This document shows positions 1 to 11,913 of a stretch of 64,000 bases of DNA, piece after piece. A model generated the notes under the pieces. That model was not told where the DNA came from, ran no database searches, and saw only the letters and a program-made list of their open reading frames with translations. Position 1 is the first letter of the stretch; each line of letters starts with the position of its first letter. The translations under genes and the position numbers were made by a program. Origin of the DNA: Rhodosorus marinus CCMP1338 (Eukaryota; Plantae; Rhodophyta); contig JAMWBK010000001.1 in NCBI GenBank assembly GCA_029953675.1, forward strand, positions 2,790,001-2,854,000, in the 5' to 3' direction.

Positions 1-790
1 ATAAAACTTTACGAAATATAAAAACCTTCAAGTAGCATAACCAATAGATAGTACTGTCGTGTCCAGAGAATTTTGATATGTCCAATTAAAAAATATGCTA
101 TGCGTCTGTTTGCCTTTTCCTTGACCATTACTGTGTTTAATTAAGTAAGAATAACAGATGCGTAATCGTGAATTGAAGTATAAAAATAGTTTGTCCTATT
201 TCATTTGAAAACGATTTGGATTTTGTCGCTGCTTATTGGTTGAAACTGTTTATTTAATACGGAAATAATTATGTAAATTTGAAACTTGATAGTTTGGATT
301 GCTTTTCCTTTTTTTTGCTGGTTGGTTTGATTGGCTAGGGTTGATTTTGCTTTGTTGGTGGTGAGAGGGGTTTCTTAGTGGAAGGAGGTAAGTGGGACTG
401 GATTGGGGTCGTACGAATGTGGTTGGGAGATCGACTGGATTCGAAGGGAATATCCAAGCGAAGAAAATGTACCTTACAGGAGGTGTGGAAAGCGGCAAGA
501 TTAGGCGGGGCGTTGGTATCGTCTGGCGCGCCGTAAGTAAGCTCAATCACCCTGGCCGAGGCGTGCTTTGTAGGGAATCACTCGAAGAATCTTGGCATCA
601 TCTGTCGAAATGATCAAAAAACTCCTCTGTTGTTCACAGAGAGTGCTCCAAAGCGAATCTAGATCTGTCCTCAAGCAAATTGGTTATAAGGACACATTCG
701 TCGGTCTCAGTCCGACACTCGCGTACGGTCTAGTAGAAGAACTCGCGTCGGTTAGTAAATTGCATCGGCTTATTTCAAATCTTCAGAGCT

Positions 791-3112
791 ATGTTGAAGA
801 TATCTACAGTACTCGTTCTCCTATCTGCGGCCTGGGCCCTGCAGAAGCCCGAACAGAGGCATTATGGATGCATCAAGGGAAGCGATGTTTGTATATACCC
901 GACTAATACCGCGGAGTTCCAGTGCGAAACCGTTTTCGATTTTGAGGTCGAATGGCACGTAAAGTCGGGCAAGAAGGCATCGATAGATGACATCAAGGTC
1001 ACCTTCACGGTCCTGGAGACCGGCAAGAAGTACGGCGTTGACCAGTTCTTCCGTATGTCAAAGGGCAAGGAGAGGAGGTGGCCCCTGGAAGTCTACGACA
1101 GCGTGGTGGATGATGAAGCTGAGGTCTATGATTCCATTGCGATCAAGTGGAGCAATGTCTACGTCAGGGAGAAGTTCGGAAAGGGTGATATTAAAGTCAT
1201 GGTGGTTACCCCGAGTGGCAGGACGAGTATCATGTGGAACGTCCACAAGCCGACGAAGAGGATCGCGAAGAATGTTATCCTGCTGGTCGGAGACGGAATG
1301 AACATCAACATGGTATCTGCAGCGCGAATTATTTCCCGTGGTATGGCCGATGGAAAGTACAAGGATCTGATGCATATGCAGAGCCTCCCGTACTTTGGAT
1401 TGATCAACCCCGCCGGAGTCGATTCCATCATCACCGATTCTGCCAACTCTGCATCTACGTTCAACTCCGGTTTCAAATCCTCTGTCAACGCTCTGGGTGT
1501 CTACGTCGATTCCAACACCGATGATGGTGCCAACCTGGACCATCCTAAGGTCGAGCTTCTGGCCGAGCACGTAAGGGACATGGGCATGTCCGTCGGAGTT
1601 GTTAGCACTGCGGAGATTCAGGACGCGACCCCAGCTGCATGCTACGCTCATACCCGTAGACGCGGTGACAAGGCTGAGATCACCCGCCAGGGAATTGAAC
1701 CATGCCCCGGCTGTAGGTATTCCGTGATTCCTGATGTTCTAATCGGAGGTGGAGGAAGGTACTTCCTCCCAAGTTCTTCGTGGGACGGTTCGGACATGTA
1801 CGAGGCGTACGAAAAGGCCGGGTACACGGTGACCTACACGAAGAAGGAGATGGTCAAGGCCGCGAAGAGCAAGAGTACGAAGAAGCTGTTGAACATTTCC
1901 CACTACGGAAACATGAACGTCTGGTTGGACCGAAACGTGTACACTGACAACCTCAAAGTCCAGGAGAATAGTCCCAACCCGGACAAGGTCAAGGACGCCA
2001 GTGGGCAGCCCAACCTGGACGAGATGGTTGACTCTGCCATCAAGGTTCTCAGCAAGAACGAGAACGGATTCTACTTGATGGTCGAAGCCGCTTCCATTGA
2101 CAAATCTGCTCACCCACTCGATACTCACCGACTCCTCGCCGATACCATCGAGTTGGACAACGTTGTCGGGAACCTCAAGAAATGGATCAAGGAAAACGGT
2201 GATGACACCCTCCTGCTCGTAACCGCTGACCACGGACACGGCTGGGATGTCTACGGAACTGTTGACACGCACGTCTGGAAGCAGGTCGCTGAGAAGTGTG
2301 AGGACAATGCTGACATCACCAACCTCTGCAAAGACGTCAAGTGCGGAGCCCAGAGGTTCAAAAACTACTTCGCGAGCGACGTTCAATCACCTGTACGTGA
2401 GCTGGCATTGTCCAGAAGGATTGCTGTAGGCACGTACGCCGGTGCTGGATACCCCGACTACGAGGACAAGGACGGTGACGGATTCCCGGATGAGTGGGAC
2501 GTTAGAACCGTGCTTGCGGCGGGCGCGAACAACTTCCCCGACCACACTGAGAACTTCAGGGTTTCCCCGACCAGCAAGCGCCCAGCCCTCTTCAGCGCGG
2601 AGGTTGGTGCGTACCTGAACAACCCCGAAGACGACCCCGACGGCATCTTTATCAGCGGAAACATCGGTCCGAGGGGCTCAACCGCTGTCCATTCCATGTG
2701 CGATGTTGGGATCTACGGTTACGGCCCTGGAGCTGAACACATTAAGCCGAACATGGACAACACCGCCGTCTTCCACATCATGGCCGAAGCGCTTGGTCTT
2801 GGAACTAACGGCAAGCCGATGGAGAAGGACGAGATGATGCCCAAGGAGATAGAGATGTGCAAGAACACCGCAAAGGAGTGCCACTGCGGCAAGGTGACTG
2901 AGTCCTGCTTCAAAGCTATCAAGCCGTTCAAGGGATTCTGCGAGAAGGTTGAGTGCGAGAAGAAGGCATGCATCTGCACTCCTGGAGCTATGGGATACGT
3001 CGCCGCGGGCACTCCTCTCTGCAAGAAGTCGGAAGAAAAGGTCTATGAAAAGACCGGCCCTATGCAGAGCAAGGGAATCCCGTGCGTCCGTGCTAAAGTG
3101 ATGATGCCTTGA
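791..3112 (+). CDS. phoA: Secreted alkaline phosphatase (PhoA family), intronless, with N-terminal extension and Cys-rich C-terminal tail
   Basis: 773-aa ORF with a hydrophobic signal peptide. It carries KNVILLVGDGM, the nucleophile motif TDSANSA, QDATPA, MVEAASIDKSAH, LVTADH and AVHS, i.e. the full set of PhoA metal-ligand motifs. Confidence 0.93.
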   Translation: MLKISTVLVLLSAAWALQKPEQRHYGCIKGSDVCIYPTNTAEFQCETVFDFEVEWHVKSGKKASIDDIKVTFTVLETGKKYGVDQFFRMSKGKERRWPLEVYDSVVDDEAEVYDSIAIKWSNVYVREKFGKGDIKVMVVTPSGRTSIMWNVHKPTKRIAKNVILLVGDGMNINMVSAARIISRGMADGKYKDLMHMQSLPYFGLINPAGVDSIITDSANSASTFNSGFKSSVNALGVYVDSNTDDGANLDHPKVELLAEHVRDMGMSVGVVSTAEIQDATPAACYAHTRRRGDKAEITRQGIEPCPGCRYSVIPDVLIGGGGRYFLPSSSWDGSDMYEAYEKAGYTVTYTKKEMVKAAKSKSTKKLLNISHYGNMNVWLDRNVYTDNLKVQENSPNPDKVKDASGQPNLDEMVDSAIKVLSKNENGFYLMVEAASIDKSAHPLDTHRLLADTIELDNVVGNLKKWIKENGDDTLLLVTADHGHGWDVYGTVDTHVWKQVAEKCEDNADITNLCKDVKCGAQRFKNYFASDVQSPVRELALSRRIAVGTYAGAGYPDYEDKDGDGFPDEWDVRTVLAAGANNFPDHTENFRVSPTSKRPALFSAEVGAYLNNPEDDPDGIFISGNIGPRGSTAVHSMCDVGIYGYGPGAEHIKPNMDNTAVFHIMAEALGLGTNGKPMEKDEMMPKEIEMCKNTAKECHCGKVTESCFKAIKPFKGFCEKVECEKKACICTPGAMGYVAAGTPLCKKSEEKVYEKTGPMQSKGIPCVRAKVMMP

Positions 3113-3673
3113 AGCATTTGTCTTTTTAGCCTATACGAAAGATTAAGTAGCCGGGTAAGCTAGTAAAAAGTTGTACTGGAAACGGTCTTCGTCTCACAAC
3201 GGTCCTCATCAGCTAGGAGATTCCAACCTTGTGTCGAGTCCTCCTGTCTCAATGCCACTGTCCCAAGACTTCAGTCAGCGGGAGCCGCTCGGCGTGCTCT
3301 TGCAAATATTTCGCTGACGATTCTGCAGCCTTTCTAGACGAGCTGCCGGCAGAAGCTCGATACTGCAGCCCCGGCTTGTCTTCTTTGGATCCCAGTTCCG
3401 AGTTTTCATTACGTCCTACGTGGTGCTTTGGGTACCCACGGGAGCAGGAGAATTCTGCAGGCTATGAGGATTTCGACATGTGCTCTCTCCTTCTATATTA
3501 ACAATGAAATCGAACATTTACAAACAGCTGCGTCTTATATACAAGCTTTCCTCATCCACTGACGGATCCAAACGTCTTCTTCGCGACCTCCCAACAGGAA
3601 CTTCCAAATACTTCCGGGTGCGGCTTGACGAGGCACAGGCTTTGAGCCAGAACCGGCTGGGTGATCATGTTAT

Positions 3674-5979
3674 TTAGAATGGAACTTCTTCCTCTTCTTC
3701 TCCCTCTGCTCCCTCCTGCTCATGTTCAGCAAAGTCCTCCATCGGTTCCACGAGGTCCCTCGTAAGCAGCGGTTTGAGAATAGCTGCATCGAGCCTTCTC
3801 ATCCAGGAGTTCTAAAATCGATGAGCAGGCGGAAAGACGCGACGATATGTCAACAGAACTGCAGGAGTTCGATAAAGTCTGCGCAGGGGTTACCTTGGCT
3901 GTCAAATTCGGAATGTACGACTCATTCACATCCGTAACGTCCATTTCCTCGAACCGATCGACGTCCACTCTGGACGCCGCCGTGGAGAGGTTGATCGCAG
4001 TAGCACCTTCCACTCTAAGCAGCTGAAGAATCGAGAGAGTTCCTCCTCCGAGGACGATAATCGTGAACAGAATGATCGCCTTCAAGCAGTTCGAGACGAA
4101 AACCTAGTTAGCAATCCGCACCTAGGCGAAATGAATCCTCATCCGGCTGTGCTTACGAGAGTGGTCGATATGACTACCCGCCTAGTTTCCTCATTGCCTC
4201 CGGGAAAGTTGAGCGATAGGGCGAACGCGATGGCGCCTCGAAGTCCAGAAAACCACATGATGAACTGGGTCTTCTGCGAGATTTTCTCCCTCCTTCTGTA
4301 ACGATTTATGATGAAAGCAAGCGGATAGATGTTCGTTGCCCTGTCGTCAGAGAAAAGAGAACGATCAGCTCCGGGTAGTCTACCGCAGCCTGGCTGCCGT
4401 GAGGTTCGTACCTTGAGATCAGCACGAGCAGTATCGAGATCAAAACCGTGATTACGTTCCAGGAGTGATTGAAGGACGTCAGCGCCAGCCCGAGGTAGAT
4501 GAAAACAAAAGCTTCACCGCAATAAGCGATGGATTTGAAGAGCTGATTTGATGAAAGCTGTCCAGTCTCGCTCAGGTTGGGCATGCCGTAGTGACCGAGC
4601 GTCATGGCTCCAATGAGGATACCCATGATTCCAGACATCTTCAGGCCTGGATTCGAACCGTGAGAGCAGTACCAGCCAATTCAGAAAGCTTTCGCAAGTA
4701 CCCTAGGCAGTCGGAAGGTAAATTCACCTTCGCAGATGAAGTACGGAAGGAAGGCGACGAGGAGGTAAAAGCTGAGTTCAAGCGTCGGGTTCTGACGCAG
4801 CTCTGTGCTCTTCAAGATGAACGCCGCCAGACAGCTTGTGGTGATTCCAACAACGGTGGATCCGATGAATATGTACAGGAACGTGAGGACCGGGAGGTAC
4901 CAGCCGGGTTTGTCCGGGCCTATCATCTCTGAGAAAGATCTGTACAGCACGATCGCGACCTAAAAACAATTCCCATTTACGACTCAGTGGAGCCTTTAGG
5001 CGGCGGGTGAATGCGATTTGAGACTTTGCTAGTGCGGGACTTACGGCGTCGTTGAGAACGCTCTCACCGAAGACGAGATAGTGAAGCGTCTTGTTGACCT
5101 TCATCGCGTTGAAAATTGCTATAGTCGCGACTGGATCGACTGCTGATATCAAGGATCCGAACGTCAGGGCCTCGTAGAACCGAAAGTAGTGCCCGATCCC
5201 GAAAAATCCGACGAGAAAAATTCCGCCCTGGGGGGTGGAAGTTAAACAAGCGCGGAGATAGAGCGATTGATGAGAACTGGGCCTTGCTGGTTTTTTACCG
5301 CCTCTCTCGCACTTACTCCGAAGACGAGAGCAGTGATGATGGTGCCAACGACGGCGAAGAGAAAGATCGGAATTGCTTCTTCGAAGAAGCTCTGCTTGTT
5401 CATGGAGTACCCCGCCTCGAAAATGATCGGTGGAATGATAAATAAGAAGAACTCCTGCTGATTTGGAAACGCTGAGCCCGCTGCGTCTGCTCTTCCGGTC
5501 AGACGAAGTCCGGTTCCAACGATGATTCCGGCGAACACGTAAATGATGCAATCTGGGAGCGTCGTGAACGAGTTCCTCGCCAAAAAATAGGATCCAAGCA
5601 CACAGAAACACAGCGTCAGGATGAAGTAGGTAATTCCTAGCCCGAGCTTCTCCTGCTGGTTCTCGTCAACTTCCACAAACGGCGCATCCTGTCCAAGAAG
5701 AAACAAACCGAAACACCCTTCAGATCGATGCTCCTGCTATCCTTGTCCAGGGGGGGGGGGAGGTGGGGCGGGAGGCCTCTATATCCAAACGCTCACGTAA
5801 TCATTTAGTGCAGGCTGGCATATGGGACAATCAATGTCCTCCTTCAGCAGATACTGAATCCCCAGCGCCAGACTGAGCACAATGGTCAGCGCCGCCAGAC
5901 CCAAGATCACCACGGTCCTCCATCCTTGCGATACGATCTGGTTACTTATCTGTACACTGCGTCTTCTAATATCCTCCAT
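3674..5979 (-). CDS. Na+/H+ exchanger (CPA1, NHE8/NHX-like), multi-exon
   Basis: ORF fragments give [48 protein letters not shown] and [13 protein letters not shown] (read manually at ~4200-4280). Exon 1 (5979) joins via a GTGAGC...CAG intron. The stop follows ...EEEEVPF at 3674. Confidence 0.9.
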
Positions 5980-6971
5980 GAGCTCTTATAACCATCCAAG
6001 TTCTCAAAATTAAATGAACAAAATAAGAAAGTCAACATTGTCTGAGTCCAACGCCCCGCCTCCGCCCAGTCCCCTGCCTGCCCCCATCCCACTCTATTGA
6101 AAGTCTAATTCTACACGGATGAGATATATATCCCAAATGTTTTCCATAAATTCAACGTATATTCTATATTAAAGACTAAATATGGTATAAATTTGGTTCT
6201 TCGTCCTAACTTGGAGGAGCAGGCGTAATTTTACGTCAACGGGATTATATATCCTAGATATTTCTTCTGAAACAATATAAAGCTTAGATTAGAGATAAGT
6301 TGGGACTTAATCGTGCTAGTGTTGGTTAGTCTTTCTGTTGGAGAGGAGTTCTCGAGCGCTCAAGCTGAGCAAGACATCGGAAGTGGTTGGATTGAGTTGC
6401 TGCACAGCCGGATTCTTTGTACTTGGGAGCCGTCCCAAGCCCGTACACTCTGCGTCCCTCGCGAGCGACTCACGCGCAACGCAACTAGATAGAAGTCCCT
6501 CATGAGAAACACAGATAAAAGGAATACGCCATGATGATGATAAAAGCCGTCAGCAAGGTGACTGGATTCAAGCCGCTTCAGGCTAGTCTCTAAGCGGAGT
6601 CTCCACCCCCCAAACGAGCTTCTTGTTTGGTTGATCACTCCCGCATTCCTCTCCCCCCAAAGTCTAATCCGCGCAACTTCTTCATGCACGTTGCGAGCAC
6701 CGGTTCATGGGCTGCCAGAGTCTCAGTAATCGCACTCGACAGTCGAGCATTGTGGCATCCGGACCTCGAAAAAACTCGACTCCTGCCTTGGGACTCTGGC
6801 TCCAGCCTCGCCAACTCCAAGCGCTGATTCTACGGAGGGAAAAAGGGATCGCTCCTTTTCGTCTGCAAGGGCGTGAATCCGATCAGATACTCATTCATAG
6901 CTCGATCTCGAGATTCCGTGAAGCAGCGTAGAGGCTTTCAGATCCGAACGCTTCCTTTGCTTCATTCAAAA

Positions 6972-8018
6972 TCACAGTCTATGGAAGAAGAGGCACGGAG
7001 GAAGATGATCTTCAGCATGTAGCTATGAATAGCCGGCGCACCCGGCTGCGGTTAATCGGCCCCAGGCAACCCTTACCAGCCCGTGATAGGGATTGATCTT
7101 CTGAACGTTCCTGAGGGTTAGGCCGCTCACTGGATCTTCCAAGCTTAGCCGGACTCCATCGAAGGTTTCCTGTTGATTGTCCTTGAGCCAACGAGACGAA
7201 AAGTGTGTGAGGAGGAGGGTTTTTGCGCCGATCTTCTTCGCGAAGTTTCCCGCCATCTCCGCGGTTGAATGCTTTGCTCGTTGTGCAATTTGCGCCTCAG
7301 ATTTGGTGAAAGTAGCTTCGTGCACCAGCACGTCGCAGTCTTTGCCGATCGACTCGACTGCACTCGAGTCACATGTGTCCCCAAGAACAACCAGCTTCCG
7401 ACCAGGCTTCTGGAATACGAAGCCGAGCGATGGAATGCCGTGACGAAGTGGAGCAGCTTTGACCTCAAAGTGGTCAGTTCCGATATATTCGGAGAGGTCC
7501 CATTTACCGTCGTCGCTCATCGACACGATCTTGTAGCCGCTTTCAGAAGGATGAAAGTTCCAATTTCTTGTCCAGTAGGGGGTGTACTGAAGCTCCAGGA
7601 TTCGGTATCGAACGCCTAGGTCTGGTGCCCCCACCCAAAGCGCGGGGTTGAGCCACTTCCGCATGCCTGAAGGGCCGATGATCGTGACCTTCTGCTTCCC
7701 GCCGGCGCGCTTCACCGCCGAGAGTAGTGATGGAAGCCCGAAGACGTGATCTCCGTGAAGGTGCGTTATGAAAATTCCCTTGAGCCTCCTCAAACCTTCC
7801 AAACCACACCAGGACTCCTCCATCAGCCTCCCCATCATGTTGTCCCCAGCATCGATCACCCACATCGATTCCTCCTCAGCAGCAGTCGTCGTTCCGCTCT
7901 CACTGGACGTTTCTTTAAGATACCTCGTCAACAATGCGAACGAGGAAAGCTCGAAGCGAACTGAAGGCGCACGCGCACAGTTTCCAACAGATATCAAACG
8001 CCATCCCACCTTGCCCAT
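6972..8018 (-). CDS. rnz: Short-form tRNase Z / RNase BN-like metallo-beta-lactamase
   Basis: Motifs IDAG, THLHGDH (HxHxDH), LRHG, LGDT, VHEATF, KHST and THFSSR occur in ORF 7023..8018. A possible ~50-nt 3' intron would move the stop to 6972. Confidence 0.85.
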
Positions 8019-9029
8019 ACTTGACTCTGTTCCAAGCCTCTTAGACTACAACTACTCTGGTTAGACAGCACCTTAGGTGCTATCAGTCTATCTTAGCTGT
8101 CTCTCTCTTGAGCTAGCTCTCAGAACCTCCCGCTCTACTCCCCCAATCCAACGTCTCCTTCGTCAGCGCGTCAATGGTGAAGAAGAAATAGCTAGAGAAC
8201 GTGCAAATCTGCTGGTGAGGACTTGGGGCTGTGAGAGGTACGGACAGATGCTTCCTTAGAATCGGGGTGTCTGGTAGATGGAAGTTGGCTGAGCCGACCA
8301 CGCACCACAAACTCGACAACCTTTACGACGTATTTACCATCCATGTTCTCCGGTCATGATCTGAGCAAGGAGACTGGAGTTTTGTTGGGACACCGGTGGT
8401 GTTTTTGAACGATAGTTCAGACTAGAAACAGCTAAGATTAAGTAGGCTTCACCTACGATGCAGCTTTATCACTGCGTTTCTCGGCTTACCACACCCCCAT
8501 CCGGCTGTATATACGGAGCATTATGGTAGTCCGGTCCGGTCTATTCTATGATTTGCGGGACTTTGCGTCTCCAATTCGACGAAATTATCTTAGGCTTGTC
8601 CTTAGTACTGTTCAGAAGACTCTTACACCCCCTCTATTCTACAGCACATCTCAAACAAAACCAGCAGACCCAACCCGATCGCGTTGTCAAGGTCGGCCCC
8701 TAGGTCTTTTACGTCTGGCACACGATGAATGAGTACGACGCCAAAAAGCTTGCAGAGTGTTCCAATGGCAGTCTTCAGCGTCCAATTTTTAGTACGAGGC
8801 GCCGAATGCCGTCGCGCAGGCCCCGAACGAGATCGATCATAAGCGTTCCTCTCGAATCCGACCAAATACTCCTAAGGCGTGTCCTTACTGCTGTCCGATA
8901 AGAGATCAATCTCAATGCCAGGATGCTTCGGTTACATCTTCTCAATTGGAGCTCTCAGAAAAGGAGAAAGAGGTCTGTGGGAGGAGTTCACCAATTCGAC
9001 TAGCCCAGAGTTCTCTTACTACAGGTTCA

Positions 9030-9073
9030 GGAACAAATTCTGAAAGTTCAGTTACCTTCATCTGATTGACATC
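9030..9073 (+). repeat. 44-bp dispersed repeat, copy 1
   Basis: ggaacaaattctgaaagttcagttaccttcatctgattgacatc matches 13149-13192 at 42/44 positions. Confidence 0.85.
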
Positions 9074-9088
9074 AGACGCATGATAGTG

Positions 9089-9137
9089 CGATATAGCCGG
9101 AGAACGCCGGCGTCGCCGGCGTTCTCCGGCTATATCG
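9089..9137. repeat. Perfect 49-bp palindrome (24-bp arms, 1-nt spacer)
   Basis: cgatatagccggagaacgccggcg-t-cgccggcgttctccggctatatcg; the arms are exact reverse complements. Confidence 0.97.
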
Positions 9138-9288
9138 TCCTCTCCATTGCGGCGTTGAGGGTGGGGAAGCAGAGCGGAGTGGGTTACTGACAGCTGGTTC
9201 AGGACGGAGACAGATAAGAGAAGCGGGCAGCACCTCCGGTGCTGGTTTGCTAGAACGTTGGGTGGCCTTTGAGCTGTGCTGGAGCTGG

Positions 9289-11272
9289 ATGGAGTCGACA
9301 GGATTCGTGCAGGTTAGCAGTGGAGCCTCGGGGAGGTTGAGGCGAGGAAGGAGTGTGGCGACTGCGCTTGGTCCATCGAACCTTGTGATCGCTGCGAATG
9401 CACTGAGCGGAACTGCATTGTTGATCGTTTTGGCGAGGCTGCGAGGTCAGACGAGATGGTGGTCGGCTGAGGGTCTGTTGCGGAGTGCGTTTCCGACGAT
9501 CTCGAGGGCGTCAGGAGGGCGGCGGGATGTGGAGTTCGGAAGCGGAACGGAATGGGTAAACTGCGATCCGTTCTCGTTCTCCAAGGAACTGAAGGGCAAG
9601 GTCGTACTTCTGCACTTTATGACGTACGGGTGTTCCAACTGTGTCCACGCGCTGGACTCGATCAGGGCGATCGAGGAGGAGGTTCAAGATCCGAGGCTGG
9701 TGATCATCAGCGTGAGCTGCGGGAAGCTGGTCCCTGAACGGGACTCAAAGAACGTCTCGGAAGCCGTTCAACGCCTTGGAATCAAACACTGCGTCGTCAA
9801 CGACACACAGCTTGAGCTCTGGCAGTCCGTGGGAGCACAAGGCTGGCCAACCCTGGCCCTCGTCGATGGAAAGGGCGTTTTGAAGGATGTCGCTATGGGA
9901 GAACCGTCTCCGACGGTTTTAACAAGAAGAATCAGAGAAGAACTTCAGCTCGTTCCCGAATCTACAGCAGCCTGGCGGCCTTCAATCTTATCAAACGTCT
10001 CGGCTTCAAGATTCTCATCAGCAATGCGCTACCCGAGCGCCGTTGCTATTGACGAACGCCGCGCGCAAACGTGGATTTCAGACTGCGGCAACCACAGAAT
10101 ACTCCAGCTCGATCAGCAAGGTCAAGTCACCAACGAATTCGGAGGCGCCGGCGAGGAAGGTTTCGAGGACGGAAGGGCCTCACATGCAAGGTTTCGTCGT
10201 CCTAATGGGCTGGCAATCTCCAACAAACACAACGCCCTGTTCGTCGCTGATACAGGCAACCACGCAATCCGAAGGATTGACCTGGATACATTGGAGGTAA
10301 GAATCGCTTTGGGTGACTTTTCACGAGAGGAGAAGAGGATGGAAATCGGCACCGCCGTTGAAGCCGCGCACGAGTCTGCATCCCCCAGGGTGACCGATGG
10401 GTTTTGATTTCATCGTTGCTGCCGGCTTGGCCGGTCGCATGCGGGCTTCGTAGGTCTTTGTCCAAGTGACCCTTTTTGCTGCTTCTTGCTCGTCCGTCCA
10501 GGTTTCAACTGTAGCCGGCGATGGTACTCAAGGCTTTGACCTTGTAGGTGGAAAGGTTGGCGCCGATCAGAAGCTGTGCTCACCAATGGATGTATGCGTG
10601 GTTTCTGGTCTCGAACTTTTGATTGTGGCTATGTCTGGTTCGAACCAGATATGGAAGATGGCGATGGATCGGATGGATGAAGGCCTTGTATCGTTTTCAG
10701 GGAACGGAAGCGAAAGACGGCTAGATTCCAGTTCGGCAGCCAGGGCTGAGTGGGCGCAGCCGTCGAGCGTCGTTGGCCATTCGTCATCAGACGGGGAGGA
10801 GCGTCGCGAGCTGCTGGTAGCTGATGCTGAGAGCAACTCGATACGATCGGTGAGCTTGGACCAGTCTAACTTTCCCACGAGGACGATCGCAGGCGGTGAT
10901 CCCCTGTTTCCGGATAATCTTTTTGCCTTCGGGGATAGAGTTGGGAACAGGTTCGTGGCCAGGTTTGCGCATCCGCTCGCTGTGGTAAGTGCAGGAGACG
11001 GCTCCCCGTACGCATTCGTCGCGGACACATACAATCACCGGATAAAGAAGGTGAACGTCCGTACCGGTTTCGTCTCTATTCTCTGCGGCACCGGCGCTCC
11101 CGGATTCTCAGACGGTACCGGTACCCAGGCATCGTTCTGGGAACCATGCGGACTGTCCCTGTCAGAAGAAAACGAAAGGTTGCTCGTAGCAGATCGAAAC
11201 AACCACGCCATCCGGGTGGTAAACCTCAGAACTGGATCAACTTCCACGATGAGGATCATGACAAGTGCATAG
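9289..11272 (+). CDS. Thioredoxin-like + NHL-repeat protein (SOQ1/NHLRC2 family), probably plastid-targeted
   Basis: FMTYGCSNCVHAL, QGWPTLALVD and the NHL repeats ISDCGNHRI, VADTGNHAIR, VADTYNHRIK and VADRNNHAIR. Predicted intron 10297-10501 (GTAAGA...CCAG) joins the two ORFs in frame. Confidence 0.88.
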
Positions 11273-11778
11273 TCCAGAGGACTCCCCGCAAACCTAACGC
11301 TGTACCACAAAAACCGTGAGATTCAATAGAGTGTTGTGTATATGGAATCCAGCCGGCGAGGTCGCCAAACATTCGTTCCCGAGCATGAACTGTTACTAAA
11401 GCCCGCTAATGTCAACCTGCTCACAAATCACGAATCCAACACCTTCTCACTCGACTGTCACGGCTGAATTTTGTACATACTACATCGGCGAACATGGTGG
11501 CTATTCACCGAGCACTCAGCTAAGACCTTTCAGCTTGCCAAGGAAGCGGGCAGTAGCCAACACTTTCGCCTGGGGCTGCTCAAGGAGTGGAGATGGTGCT
11601 CGTCAATACAGTTGTGGGGGGGGCGGCAAGCAGATTATGTGAGCGTGCTCTTCTATGCTCCTTTCACGAATGCCCGCACTTCCTGTCGGCTGCTTGTCCC
11701 AGGAAGACGGAATCGGCGCGCTACGACCCAGCCGGCGGAGCCGGCCTCACCTTCACGCCTCAACCAACTAACATGCCG

Positions 11779-11913
11779 GGACATCTGGGACATCAGGGAC
11801 ATCAGGGACACCTGGGACACCTGGGACACCTGGGACACCTGGGACACCTGGGACACCTGGGACACCTGGGACACCTGGGACACCTGGGACACCTGGGACA
11901 CCTGGGACACCTG
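11779..11913 (+). repeat. 9-bp minisatellite (ggacacctg), 15 units (12 identical)
   Basis: Directly visible. The three 5' units are ggacatctg, ggacatcag and ggacatcag. The repeat is stop-free in all six frames. Confidence 0.97.

Noticed and set aside
8623-8865. VKDLGADLD resembling a LINE RT motif
   Set aside because: An isolated short match without the flanking RT motifs.
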